Positions 36,195 through 45,901 of a stretch of DNA of 64,000 nt are shown here, in pieces. Position 1 is the first letter of the stretch, and every line of letters starts with the position of its first letter. The notes beneath the pieces were generated by a model, which was not told the DNA's origin, ran no database searches, and was given only the letters and a program-made list of their open reading frames with translations. The stretch is from positions 2,486 through 66,485 of the forward strand of contig DAOTYF010000020.1 of NCBI GenBank assembly GCA_034434995.1, in the 5' to 3' direction. Position numbers and translations under genes: made by a program. The stretch comes from Anaerolineae bacterium (GTDB lineage: Bacteria; Chloroflexota; Anaerolineae; Aggregatilineales; UBA3940).

Positions 36195-37238
36195 CTACTC
36201 CGTTGGCTCGGTGATATAGGGCACCTCGATTTTGCCATCAATGATGTCCTGCTTCACCTGCTCAATCTCCTGCGCAACCTCGTCGGGAACTAGCCCGTAG
36301 AAAGGTGCGATGCCGACAACCCCGGTCTCTAGCCCGTACAGCCGCACCTCGCCGGTCCATGTCCCGTCCACCACGCGCTGCACATCCTGAAGCAGCAGCA
36401 GGTCGCCGCTAAACAGCAGGCTGGAGAGCACCGTATTAGGCGCAATACTGTTCTGATCGAGTCCCCAGCCGATAGCCCACACGCCGCGCTCCTCGGCGGC
36501 CTGGATAACGCCCACACCCGCCGCATCGGCGATATGGAAGATCACATCTACGCCCGCGTCAAACTGGGCGAAGGCAGCCTCCTTGGCCTGGGCGACATCC
36601 TCGAACGTGCCGATGTAGACATTGGTAACCTCCACATCGGGGTTCACCGACTGCGCGCCCAAGCGGTAAGCCTCCATCTGAGCCACGATGATCGGAAAGT
36701 CAAATCCTGCGATCCCGCCGATCTTGTTGGTCTCAGTCATTCGGCCCGCCAGGACGCCCAACAGGTAGGTGGCCTGCCAGGTCTGCCCGGTGATCCCGGC
36801 CACATTGGGCGCTGAGACAACCGGGTTGCTATCCACAATGAAGATCGTGTCCGGGTAGTCCGGCGCGACCTCCAATGCCACATCGCCAAACTCAAAGCCG
36901 TGGCCGATGATCACGTCATAGCCGTCGTCCGCGAACTGGCGGTACACCTGGACGAACTCGGCGACGGGCGTATTCTCGGAGTAGGCGATCTCGGCTCCAA
37001 GTTGCTCTTCGATCATCAGCAGACCCTGATATCCGGCTTGATTGAAGCCCTGGTCGCTGATCGAGCCGGGGAACACGGCTGCCACCCGGAGTGGCTCTTC
37101 AGTCGGAGCCTCCTCGGTTGCCTCTTCGGGGGCAGCCTCCTCAGTCGGCGCCGGGGTAGCGGCTTGGCAACCTGCTACGATCAGGGCGACAAGCATCAGC
37201 AGTGCTGCCCCTATGAGATAAAGGCTTCGTCGGTTCAT
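36195..37238 (-). CDS. BMP-family ABC transporter substrate-binding lipoprotein
   Basis: I prefer the ATG at 37238, which follows GGAGGGGAG. Signal and lipobox: MNRRSLYLIGAALLMLVALIVAGC. PGSISDQGFNQAGYQG and HGFEFGD are typical of PnrA/Med-type proteins. Confidence 0.85.
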   Translation of the reverse strand: MNRRSLYLIGAALLMLVALIVAGCQAATPAPTEEAAPEEATEEAPTEEPLRVAAVFPGSISDQGFNQAGYQGLLMIEEQLGAEIAYSENTPVAEFVQVYRQFADDGYDVIIGHGFEFGDVALEVAPDYPDTIFIVDSNPVVSAPNVAGITGQTWQATYLLGVLAGRMTETNKIGGIAGFDFPIIVAQMEAYRLGAQSVNPDVEVTNVYIGTFEDVAQAKEAAFAQFDAGVDVIFHIADAAGVGVIQAAEERGVWAIGWGLDQNSIAPNTVLSSLLFSGDLLLLQDVQRVVDGTWTGEVRLYGLETGVVGIAPFYGLVPDEVAQEIEQVKQDIIDGKIEVPYITEPTE

Positions 37239-37378
37239 TCTCCCCTCCAATCTGCTATTTTGTATGTTGATGTTGCATTGATGGTTCTATGGTTCATATC
37301 TGATCTTGTCCACACGCCGAATGCATCACCTCCTTTGGCCCCTGAATACTGCTTTTGTATACGAGCGCCTATCCCGAA

Positions 37379-38470
37379 CTACCGCAGGCGATAGGGCACC
37401 TCAATGGGATGGCTGTAGAAATCGGTTGCGCTGGCGGGAGCCATCAGCTCCATAAAACCCTGCAAGTACGTCAGAGTCAGGTCGAGTGGCGCGACGGGTG
37501 GATCGGGGCATGGCCCCAGCGGGTCGGGGAGCATGGGTATGTCGCGCAGGGCGCGCAGGGACGCGGCTGCGCAGGGGGCGGTCGAATCCAAGTTGTAGCC
37601 CCCCTCCAATATCAGGACGATCCGGCTCTGGCAATATTGGTCGGCCAAGTCGCGCAGGCCCGCAACTAGGTCGTAGTATCCCTGCACGCTCAAGCCAAGA
37701 ACCGATGACTGGTCCATCCAGTGTGCGTCGAAGCCCGCTGACACCAGGATAAGTTGGGGGCAGTAGCGTTCTGCCAGCGGCCTGATCAGCTCCTTCACGG
37801 CTCGGCGATAGCCCTCGTCGCCAGTCCAAGTGGGCAAAGCCACGTTATAGTTGTAGCCTGTGCCCGCCTCAACTCCGGTGCGGAATACATCGCCAGTGCC
37901 GGGATACCAGGGGTGCTGGTGCAGCGATACGAACAGGACTTCACGGCTGGCGTAGAAGATGTCCTCAGTGCCATTGCCGTGATGGGCGTCGATATCCACG
38001 ATCAGAACGCGCTCCAGGCCCGCCTCGCGCAGCGCGAACAGCGCAGCCACTGCCACATTATTGAAGAGACAATAGCCCATGGCGTGGGTGGCGTGAGCGT
38101 GATGACCCGGCGGCCTGCTGAACGAGAAGGCGTTCGCTACATCCCCTGTTAATACGGCCTGAGTGGCTGCTATCGCGCAGGACGCGGCCAGCCTGGCCAC
38201 TTCAGGGGCCTCCGGCGTCAGATAGGTATCGACACTGGCCCGGCTCCGGCCTGTCTGCGCCAGCCGTCGCACTGTCTCAACATGGTGGGTGGTATGTGCG
38301 GCGGCGATCCACTCCCAGGGAATCGGTTCGACTGCGATCCGCGACAGGGCTGCCAACTCCCCTTGGGCGTCCAGGTATGCCATCAGCCGGTCAAGCCGCG
38401 CGGCGGACTCTGGGGCCTGAGGGTGGGTGTGGGCGCGATGCCCTGTCTCGAAGACGTAGCCGGTGGTCAT
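37379..38470 (-). CDS. Histone-deacetylase-family amidohydrolase (acetylpolyamine/AcuC-like)
   Basis: RPPGHHAHATHAMGYCLFNNVAVAA, VDIDAHHGNGTEDIF and EGGYNL are present. Confidence 0.85.
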   Translation of the reverse strand: MTTGYVFETGHRAHTHPQAPESAARLDRLMAYLDAQGELAALSRIAVEPIPWEWIAAAHTTHHVETVRRLAQTGRSRASVDTYLTPEAPEVARLAASCAIAATQAVLTGDVANAFSFSRPPGHHAHATHAMGYCLFNNVAVAALFALREAGLERVLIVDIDAHHGNGTEDIFYASREVLFVSLHQHPWYPGTGDVFRTGVEAGTGYNYNVALPTWTGDEGYRRAVKELIRPLAERYCPQLILVSAGFDAHWMDQSSVLGLSVQGYYDLVAGLRDLADQYCQSRIVLILEGGYNLDSTAPCAAASLRALRDIPMLPDPLGPCPDPPVAPLDLTLTYLQGFMELMAPASATDFYSHPIEVPYRLR

Positions 38471-38491
38471 GGCAAGCTCTCTACCTTTGCT

Positions 38492-39496
38492 TCACCCCAC
38501 CAAATGGCGCTCCAGTACAGCGAGTGTCTCTGGCAGGATCAGCGGCGTGGCCCCGCCCCCGCCACCCGCAAAGTAAGCCCGCACCCGTGCGGGCGACATC
38601 CCGGCGAGACGCTGGGCGAGCGCCCGCTGCACTGCGTCAAGTTCCTCCGCGCTGGGGACGACCTCCACCAGGCCCGGCTCCCGATCGTTGACCCCGATCA
38701 GCGCTACCCGCCCCTCGGGGGTAAGTTTATGGGCAACGATCCCACTTGCGGCCTTCTCGCGGCGGTTGGTGAGGAAGCTGCGGTGGGTCAGCTTGGGGCT
38801 TACATACCCCACGATCCGGCTGTAGCGAGGCCGAAGCCGCCTGAGCACAGCAGCCATGTGTTCAGTGAGCAGGTTATGTACCTTTGCGTAGGCAGCCCGC
38901 TCGTTTGGTCCCCAGCGATATTTGCCGCCGGAGATTGGCACCGCCGTGTTATCGGCCCGCCACAGCCCAACCGCCGTGCCCCGGTGCTCAAACAGACCGG
39001 GATCATCGTAGCGGGCCGCAATGGATGGCTGCCCCCGCCACGTATAAATGTACTCGTAAGGCACAAGCCCCATCGGTTCGGAGATCACGATCCGGTGGAT
39101 AGATAAGCCATCGCGCTGCAGCAGGCCGTTATGTAGAGCCTCCCGCGGGTAGCCCTCCGGCAAGGCGCTCAGAAGCGCTTCAGGATAATCGGGTTGACCT
39201 ACAGGAGCGAATCCATGTTGAAGCAGATAGCGGTTGATCTCCAGATGCTCCTTGCTGAGCGAGTAGGGTTTTGCCTTGGTGCAGGGCAGTAGTAAGGCGA
39301 TCATCGCGCCATTTGCTGAGGGGGGCTTGTAGTCCTCGCGCATATGGCGATGCAGTGCCCGCACATCGGGGTGCTCGAGCCCCTCGAGGTTCTCCTGGGG
39401 GCAGTAGAACGTCAGCGTGGGATCGAGCGTGTAGGGTGGGATAGGCTTCTGCCGCGAGATAGGTAACCACTCGTCACGGTTTCTCAGATCAGGCAT
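38492..39496 (-). CDS. Standalone protein carrying the ArcS/DUF5591-type motif PC-x3-KPY-x2-S-x2-H
   Basis: I prefer the ATG at 39496 (MPDLRNRDEW), giving an 8-nt overlap with the upstream stop. LLLPCTKAKPYSLSKEH lies at 39245-39286. The listed ORF extends to 39625 inside the upstream gene. Confidence 0.6.
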   Translation of the reverse strand: MPDLRNRDEWLPISRQKPIPPYTLDPTLTFYCPQENLEGLEHPDVRALHRHMREDYKPPSANGAMIALLLPCTKAKPYSLSKEHLEINRYLLQHGFAPVGQPDYPEALLSALPEGYPREALHNGLLQRDGLSIHRIVISEPMGLVPYEYIYTWRGQPSIAARYDDPGLFEHRGTAVGLWRADNTAVPISGGKYRWGPNERAAYAKVHNLLTEHMAAVLRRLRPRYSRIVGYVSPKLTHRSFLTNRREKAASGIVAHKLTPEGRVALIGVNDREPGLVEVVPSAEELDAVQRALAQRLAGMSPARVRAYFAGGGGGATPLILPETLAVLERHLVG

Positions 39497-40952
39497 GATG
39501 GGTGATTCCCCTCTGGAAAGCAGCAAAGCGTTCAATAGCGCTCTGCACGTCCGGTGGCACGGGCTGACGGAACGGGCGGCGGGCGACAGCCTCGCGCGCC
39601 TCCTGCAGAATTGCCCGCTCGTCAAACGCCTCGATGAGTCCCTCGTGCATGACCACCGTGCCGTCCACGATCACGGTGCGGACGGAGGCTCCCGACTCGC
39701 AGAACGCTAGGTGGCGCACAGGATCGTTGAGGGGGGTCAGGTGGGGGCTATCGAGGTCGAGCAGGACGATATCGGCCAGATAGCCAGTCTTGAGCGTGCC
39801 GATGCGACCCTGCATACCCAGCACGACCGCACCGGCTTCGGTGGCCATGTTCCAGGCTTCGCGGGCCGAAATCCAGTGGTCGGGGTCAGGTTCCTGGGGG
39901 TTGTGAACCATCGCTGCCAGGCGGAGGGTCTCGAAGAGCACCTGGTTATCGTTGCTAGCCGCGCCATCGGTACCTAGCGCGACCGGCACGCCGAGGTCCA
40001 GCATCAGGCGCACCGGTGCGAGGCCGCTGCCCAGTTTCAGGTTAGCAGCGATATTGTGAACCACACTGGCTCCCGACCTAGCCAGTAGCTCTACATCCTC
40101 AGGCGTGAGGTGGACCGAGTGGGGCAGCGACACCTCTGGCCCCAACAGATCGCGCTCGGCCAGCCAGGCGACGCCCGACTTCCCGAAGCGCTTCCGGCAG
40201 GCCCAGTCCTGGACGCGGGTTTCCAACAGGTGCATATGGAAGCCCGTGTGGTAGCGCCGGGCGATATCCAGCGATTGACGCAGCAGCTCCTCACTACACC
40301 ACTGGAGTCCGGATGGTCCCACAAAGGCGCGCAGACGGCCCCAATCTGCGCCGTTCCAGCGCGCTACAAAGCTTTCGATCATGTCGAGGATATCGCGCAG
40401 CGGGGGAAGGCTCCGTGCGATTTGCGCGAAGAACGTGTCTGCTAGCGGGTAACCTGCCTGGATGCCGTAGTCCACGTCGTACTGCGCGTCGCGGTATAGC
40501 GGCGCAACCGCCGCCCTCATCCCGCTGTCGTGGTATGCCTGCATCGCGGCATCCATCGCTGGAGCGTTGGGGGCTGGGCTCATCCAGAAGTGATCCACGA
40601 CCCCTGTTACACCCGTGTGGATCATCTCGATGGCCCCCAACATAACGCACAGATAGTGATCGCGTGGCGAGTATTCCCCACACATGCCGAATAGGTAGAC
40701 CAGCCATGGCTCCAGCGGCAGGCGGTCCGTGGTAGCACGCAGGAAGTTCTCTGCCGAATGGGTGTGAGCATTGATCAGGCCGGGGATCGCCAGCCGGTTT
40801 GCGCCGCTCAGCACGCGGTCAAAGACCCCGGCGGGGCGCTCGGAGCCAATGGATGCAATCGTGTTGCCTTCAACGGCGATATACTGGCCGGTCTGATAGC
40901 CGGGCGGTACATTGGGGTCCAGCACCGTGCAATTTTCAATCAGCAGGCTCAT
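39489..40952 (-). CDS. Amidohydrolase-superfamily deaminase/chlorohydrolase-like enzyme (MtaD/SsnA/AtzA-like)
   Basis: IPGLINAHTHSAENF (HxH), FHMHLLET, and LGTDGAASNDNQ. Length is 487 aa. It is a paralogue of 56934-58448. Confidence 0.8.
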   Translation of the reverse strand: MSLLIENCTVLDPNVPPGYQTGQYIAVEGNTIASIGSERPAGVFDRVLSGANRLAIPGLINAHTHSAENFLRATTDRLPLEPWLVYLFGMCGEYSPRDHYLCVMLGAIEMIHTGVTGVVDHFWMSPAPNAPAMDAAMQAYHDSGMRAAVAPLYRDAQYDVDYGIQAGYPLADTFFAQIARSLPPLRDILDMIESFVARWNGADWGRLRAFVGPSGLQWCSEELLRQSLDIARRYHTGFHMHLLETRVQDWACRKRFGKSGVAWLAERDLLGPEVSLPHSVHLTPEDVELLARSGASVVHNIAANLKLGSGLAPVRLMLDLGVPVALGTDGAASNDNQVLFETLRLAAMVHNPQEPDPDHWISAREAWNMATEAGAVVLGMQGRIGTLKTGYLADIVLLDLDSPHLTPLNDPVRHLAFCESGASVRTVIVDGTVVMHEGLIEAFDERAILQEAREAVARRPFRQPVPPDVQSAIERFAAFQRGITHHA

Positions 40953-41833
40953 CCGCCCTCCTGGGTCTTGGCCGACATGGCCTCGGTGACGTAGCTCTGG
41001 AGTTTGTGGAGAAGGTCGGGTCGCAGAGCGCGCATCAGGCCAGGGATGGACCGGTACTTCTTCGGGACAATTAGCTGCTCGTCGGTGCGGCGGAGGTAGG
41101 CAAGTCGCTCTGCGTCCACGTCACCAAAGATGATCCCTGGCCCTGCGCTGGCTGCAATCGGCCCCTCTGGGCTGTGGATGACGGCCATGCCGTCTTCCAT
41201 CGCCAGCAGGTTGACGGAGGCAGCCGTGTAGACGAGATTCTCAGCCGCGCGTGCAGCGAGGATTTCACGCCAGCGTGGGGCCAGCTCGTAGATCAGCGCG
41301 CCGGTAGGGAAGAAGATCACGTCTGCGCCCAGGAAGGCCAGCGTCCGGGCGATCTCAGGGAACCATGCCTCCCAGCACACAGCCAGCCCCAAGCGTAGCC
41401 CGTCTGCCTCCACGACAAGCGGTTCATCGCCCGGCAGCCATGGTTCGCCGCAGGCTGGGATCATCTTACGGTAACGGCCCGCCAGCCCGCCGGAGGGGTT
41501 GAGAACGTTGTAGGTATTATAGAGGCCGTTGGGGGTGACCTCGGCGCCGCCATACAACACCCAGACCCGGCTGCGACGAGCCTGAGCGGCCAGAGCTTCA
41601 GTGACCGAATCCAGTGTCAGAGGCGAGTCAACGCTCATCGGGCCAGGATACATCTCAGGGAAAGCCACGTAGCGCGCCCCGCCCTGCGCTGCTTGGTCAA
41701 CATAGCGTAGTGCATCGTCGAGGTTGCGCGACTCTGGCGGGGTGTTGTCATCAAAGGGGAACGGGAAGATGCGTCCCCAGGTACGGGCATAGGTATGAGG
41801 TTGAACGACCGCCACGCGATGCAGGCTGCTCAC
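40949..41833 (-). CDS. Carbon-nitrogen hydrolase (nitrilase superfamily; carbamoylase/beta-ureidopropionase-like)
   Basis: VAFPEMYPGP supplies the catalytic Glu and AVCWEAWFPE the catalytic Cys. Length is 294 aa. It overlaps the next gene by 4 nt. Confidence 0.8.
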   Translation of the reverse strand: MSSLHRVAVVQPHTYARTWGRIFPFPFDDNTPPESRNLDDALRYVDQAAQGGARYVAFPEMYPGPMSVDSPLTLDSVTEALAAQARRSRVWVLYGGAEVTPNGLYNTYNVLNPSGGLAGRYRKMIPACGEPWLPGDEPLVVEADGLRLGLAVCWEAWFPEIARTLAFLGADVIFFPTGALIYELAPRWREILAARAAENLVYTAASVNLLAMEDGMAVIHSPEGPIAASAGPGIIFGDVDAERLAYLRRTDEQLIVPKKYRSIPGLMRALRPDLLHKLQSYVTEAMSAKTQEGG

Positions 41834-41863
41834 AGTTCACCCTCCCCTGAGAGCTTTATCGGG

Positions 41864-42538
41864 TCAAGGCGCAAACCGGCTTGTGTAATACTCCCAGGCG
41901 CGCGCTGTCTCGGCCTCGTACCAGCGAGCGCGACGGGCCAGCTCCTCCGGTGTGAATGGGATTGTGCCGCCGAGGCCTCCCGCTGCCACCTGCATGAAGG
42001 CCGCCTCCTCCAGATAGATCGCCCGCACGCAGGCTTGCTGGAGCGTGGCGCCAGTGACCAGCGCCCCATTGCCGCGCAGCAGAACCGCTGCACCCTCGCC
42101 CAGCGTTGCAGCGACCGCACGGCCCATCGCATCGTCTGTGATCAGATCCCTCTCTGGGTGGACAGAGACCCGCAAGCCCAGCATCCCACCAAAGCCATGC
42201 GCGGTCTGGATAGGCATGTCCGCCGTTCCCAGCGCTGCTGCATATCGGGAGTGCGTTCGGCAGATGGCGTTCACGTCTGGGCGGGCGCGGTAAACGGCCA
42301 GATGCATCCAGCGCTCCAAGGGGGCGGGGGTCCCCGCCCCTGCAACCAATTCGCCACGGAGGTTGAAGATGAGCAGCTCGGACTCGGCCACCAGGCGCAG
42401 CCCGCGCGCAGGGGTGATCAAGACGTTGCCATCGGGCAAACGCGCCGAGACATGGCCGAACCCTTCGACCAGCCCCATTCCATCCAGCACCCGACAGACA
42501 CGGATCACATCCTGCCGGGTTGGCGCGTCACCATCCAT
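41864..42538 (-). CDS. Class II aldolase/adducin-domain protein
   Basis: GLVEGFGHVSARLPDGNVLITP, HLAVYRARPDVNAICRTHS. Length is 224 aa. Confidence 0.75.
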   Translation of the reverse strand: MDGDAPTRQDVIRVCRVLDGMGLVEGFGHVSARLPDGNVLITPARGLRLVAESELLIFNLRGELVAGAGTPAPLERWMHLAVYRARPDVNAICRTHSRYAAALGTADMPIQTAHGFGGMLGLRVSVHPERDLITDDAMGRAVAATLGEGAAVLLRGNGALVTGATLQQACVRAIYLEEAAFMQVAAGGLGGTIPFTPEELARRARWYEAETARAWEYYTSRFAP

Positions 42539-42565
42539 GTGCCGCTCACTCTCCCTTTGGCTGGG

Positions 42566-43195
42566 CTATTCAGGCTCCCAGACGCGCACCAGCAACTCAG
42601 TACAGGCCGGGCCGTTGATCGGCGTCTGATCCTGTGGGCACGCCGACAGAGCACACACGAGGTCTTCCAACGCCTCCAGTGTGATGAAGGAGCCAGGCCC
42701 ATGAGTCGATTCCAGGTAGACCATCTTACCGTCTGGTTCGATGCGGGTCTTCATGAACACGTTCCAGGCGTGCTCACCATGCACCTCCCAGTCACCCAGA
42801 CCAATGCTGGTCAGCCCTTCTTTTAGGTTAACCAGGCAGCTTCGGTGATCGTAGATGCCGTAGCGGGTGATGTAGGTCTCAGGGTCGCAGCATGGCACGA
42901 TGATGTCGTGGTAACCCACCGTATCCTCGGCAATCCGCATCAAGTTATTGCGTCGGTTGCTCGCCAGCACGAACCCCGGCTTGAGGGCGATGCTCCAGTT
43001 CTGGGTGACAGTGTGCTTAGGGGAGAAGTACTCGGTTGGGTCATCCGCTTTGAACGCCACCAAGTCGCCTACCTGTTGGCCCTGCACATCAATGATCTGG
43101 AAGCGCTCGCCCTTCCGCACGCGGAAGGCACAGCCGTGCATAGCAGGCGCCAGGACTTCCTGTTTGAGTCTGAACCCAGGCATGCTGGCCATCAC
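42566..43195 (-). CDS. DUF1989-like (urea-carboxylase-associated) family protein
   Basis: AFRVRKGERFQIIDVQGQQVGDLVAF, HTVTQN and CCDPETY resemble the DUF1989 family, recalled from memory. Confidence 0.6.
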   Translation of the reverse strand: MMASMPGFRLKQEVLAPAMHGCAFRVRKGERFQIIDVQGQQVGDLVAFKADDPTEYFSPKHTVTQNWSIALKPGFVLASNRRNNLMRIAEDTVGYHDIIVPCCDPETYITRYGIYDHRSCLVNLKEGLTSIGLGDWEVHGEHAWNVFMKTRIEPDGKMVYLESTHGPGSFITLEALEDLVCALSACPQDQTPINGPACTELLVRVWEPE

Positions 43196-43204
43196 GCCAC
43201 CTCC

Positions 43205-44368
43205 CTATTTGCGGACGACCTCGGCCATACGGGTCGAGGCGGGTGTGTTACGGCTCTTCATCGCCCGAATCTCGCCGTCGATGATCACGCACGAGATACC
43301 GGGAATATCGCCGTTCTCAATCGCGCCTAGCGCATCCGAGCGCGAGCAGCCAAGCGGGGCATCGATCACCACCAGGTCAGCATCGCGGCCCACCTCGATC
43401 CGTCCGCTGTTCTTGCGGAGCACGTCAGCGGCGTTGCCGCTCGCCAGCGCCCAGGCTTGAGCGGCAGGTAGCCCTGCTAGCGAAGACATCTCCACCACTG
43501 ATTTGATGTCGGCCATCGGCATAACGCCCGTGCCGCTGGGCGTGTCGCTGGCGATCAGAACGCGGTATAACTGGTTGTGTTCGCGCGCGAGCTCGATGAT
43601 CTTGATGGCGGAGCGGACGTTGCCCGCCTGACAGATTTGCAGGTAAAAGCTAGCCTCCTTTACCAGCAATTCAACACCCGAATCGGGCAAGGAGGTTGTG
43701 CCGCCGTTGGTGTGCGCCGAGATGTTCGGTTGGAGAACCAGTAGATCGTCGGCGGTGACCGGCGCGCTGCCGGGGATCGACGCGCCACCGGTGTGGCACA
43801 TCACGACGAAGCCATACTTCTGTGCCCAGCGTACCAGTGGCTCGGCGTCGGTTGGCTTCTTGAAGTCGCCGAAGCCCACTTTGCCCAACCATACACCGAC
43901 CTCGGATAGCTCCTTGAAATCGGCCTCTACCAGGCCGGGCTGGAAGATCACCGACCCGGCGTAGACCTTGACCCCGGCGGGCCGGAAGGCTGAATAGGAC
44001 TTGAAGGCGGTGATCGCCAGCGCCTTGACGCCGACCGGGTCTTTGGGCCAGCCCGGCAGGTGGACTTCGCTGGCGGACATCATCGCGGTGACGCCGCCAT
44101 GCATGTAACTTTCGATCCAGCCCAGAGCATTCTGTCGCGGCGTCCAGTCGCCGAAGACGATGTGCACGTGGGTATCGATCAGGCCGGGCGCGACCGTTGC
44201 GCCCTTCACGTCCACCACCACATCGGCGGCCTGGGCGTCCATCGCTGTGCGGTCGCCGATTTGCGAGAACTTGCCATCCTCAATGAGGATAGTGTCGCCT
44301 TCGATCACTCCTCGTTGCAGGTCGCCGCTGATGATGTGGCCGATGTTGATCAGCGCCAGGCTGCTCAT
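43205..44368 (-). CDS. Enamidase-like amidohydrolase
   Basis: The whole 387-aa length resembles Eubacterium barkeri enamidase as I recall it: INIGHIISGD, PGLIDTHVHIVFGDWTPRQ, HGGVT, PAGVKV, HTGGASIPGSAPVTADD, GDIPGIS, KSRNTP. Confidence 0.7.
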   Translation of the reverse strand: MSSLALINIGHIISGDLQRGVIEGDTILIEDGKFSQIGDRTAMDAQAADVVVDVKGATVAPGLIDTHVHIVFGDWTPRQNALGWIESYMHGGVTAMMSASEVHLPGWPKDPVGVKALAITAFKSYSAFRPAGVKVYAGSVIFQPGLVEADFKELSEVGVWLGKVGFGDFKKPTDAEPLVRWAQKYGFVVMCHTGGASIPGSAPVTADDLLVLQPNISAHTNGGTTSLPDSGVELLVKEASFYLQICQAGNVRSAIKIIELAREHNQLYRVLIASDTPSGTGVMPMADIKSVVEMSSLAGLPAAQAWALASGNAADVLRKNSGRIEVGRDADLVVIDAPLGCSRSDALGAIENGDIPGISCVIIDGEIRAMKSRNTPASTRMAEVVRK

Positions 44369-44383
44369 TATTCACCTCTTTGC

Positions 44384-45901
44384 CTAGAACTTGAACCCTC
44401 GTACTCGCTCGCCGAGAAACACGCCGACATGCTTAGCCTCGGTGTATGACAGCAGCGATTCCAGGCCCAGCTCGCGGCCCATGCCGCTGGATTTGTAGCC
44501 GCCGAAGGGTGTCTCATTAAACAGCGTCATATTGGTGTTGATCCAGACCCCCCCAGCGCGAATCTGGCGGGCCACGCGATGGGCCCGCTTAACATCACTC
44601 GTCCACACCGTCGAAGCCAGCCCATAGCTGGTCTCGTTAGCCAATCGGATCGCTTCCTCCTCTGTGCGGAACGTGATGATCGACGCCACAGGGCCGAAGA
44701 TTTCCTCCTGGGCAATGCACATCCGGTTGCTGACGCGGTCGAAGATGGTGGGTAAATAGAAGTTACCCCGGCTCAGCGCTGGGTCATCGGGGCGCCCGCC
44801 TCCGGTGACCAGCATCGCTCCCTCAGACTGACCGATCTCCACATAGCGGTGAACGCTTTCAACCTGCCCCCGCGAGATCAGGGGGCCCATATGGGTCGCG
44901 CGGTCAAGGGGATTGCCCAGCCGTAACTGCCGTGCGCCATCGAGCATCTTGGCCACAAAAGCATCATGGATGCTCTCGTGCACTAGAATGCGTGAGCGAG
45001 CCGCGCACATCTGCCCTGCGTTGAAGTAGATGGCCGTCAGTGAGGCTGTAACCGCTTGGTCGAGGTCCGCGTCCGGGAAGATCAGGCTGGGCGACTTGCC
45101 GCCCAACTCCAATGAGATGCGTTTGATGCCGTCGGCAGCCAGCTTCATGATCTTAGCCCCGGTGCGGGTCTCGCCCGTTAGCGAAATCTTGCCGACCGCC
45201 GGGTGAGATGCCAGTGACTCGCCTACCACCGCGCCCGGCCCGGTAATGATGTTCAGCGCACCAGGAGGAAGCCCGGCGTCGAGTGCCACCTGGCCCAGCA
45301 TCAAGGCACTCAGCGGTGTTGCGCTGGCGGGCTTGAGGATCACAGTGTTGCCCGCTGCCAGCGCGGGCGCGACCTTCCAGGCCGTGATCTGAAAGGGAAA
45401 GTTCCAGGGGACGATGCCCACGCATACACCTATTGGCTCGTGCAGCGTGTAACTGAAGAAATCGGTGGGAACCTGCGGTGTCGCACCTTCGAGCAGCCGC
45501 GCCGCGCCCGCGTAATAGCGGAAGCAGTCCACGACCGTCTCAACGTCGTCCTCGGCCTGGAAGATCGGCTTACCGACATTCAGCGTCTCAACCTGCGCGA
45601 TATCTGAAGCCCGCTCGGCAATCAGTTCGGCCATCTTGTACAGCAGGTGACCACGCTCGCGGGCGGACATCCAGCGCCAGGATGGGTCTTCAAAAGTCGC
45701 GGCGGCAGCCTCAACGACCCGGTTGACATCGGTCTCATCCGCTCTGGCAACCTGCGTCAGAACCTCATTTGTGGCTGGGTTAACCACATCCATGACCGCG
45801 CCGCTGGCCGCCTCGACCCACTGGCCGTTGATCAGGAGACGCTTGGGGCTGTCGTCCAGGTAAGCCTGAACAGTGGTTGAGGGTTGCGTTGCTTCACTCA
45901 T
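44384..45901 (-). CDS. NAD(P)-dependent aldehyde dehydrogenase
   Basis: FPFQITAWKVAPALAAGNTVILKPA, ELGGKSP, GQMCAARSR (catalytic Cys) and EEIFGPV are present. Confidence 0.9.
   Translation of the reverse strand: MSEATQPSTTVQAYLDDSPKRLLINGQWVEAASGAVMDVVNPATNEVLTQVARADETDVNRVVEAAAATFEDPSWRWMSARERGHLLYKMAELIAERASDIAQVETLNVGKPIFQAEDDVETVVDCFRYYAGAARLLEGATPQVPTDFFSYTLHEPIGVCVGIVPWNFPFQITAWKVAPALAAGNTVILKPASATPLSALMLGQVALDAGLPPGALNIITGPGAVVGESLASHPAVGKISLTGETRTGAKIMKLAADGIKRISLELGGKSPSLIFPDADLDQAVTASLTAIYFNAGQMCAARSRILVHESIHDAFVAKMLDGARQLRLGNPLDRATHMGPLISRGQVESVHRYVEIGQSEGAMLVTGGGRPDDPALSRGNFYLPTIFDRVSNRMCIAQEEIFGPVASIITFRTEEEAIRLANETSYGLASTVWTSDVKRAHRVARQIRAGGVWINTNMTLFNETPFGGYKSSGMGRELGLESLLSYTEAKHVGVFLGERVRGFKF

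Noticed and set aside
37239-37378. The 140-nt spacer upstream of the BMP binding-protein gene, examined for a purine/nucleoside riboswitch and for a mini-ORF after AAAGGAGGTG.
   Set aside because: I could recognise no purine, 2'-dG, PRPP or ZTP riboswitch core sequence. The ATG follows the SD by only about 2 nt and opens a 10-codon frame. A weak internal promoter (TGGACA-N17-TAGAAC) is possible but unsupported.
41795-42826. 343-aa plus-strand ORF across the CN-hydrolase, aldolase and DUF1989 genes. Similar plus-strand ORFs lie at 38282-39106 and 33682-34251.
   Set aside because: They run antisense to a continuous series of motif-supported minus-strand genes and cross gene boundaries, so they are shadow ORFs.
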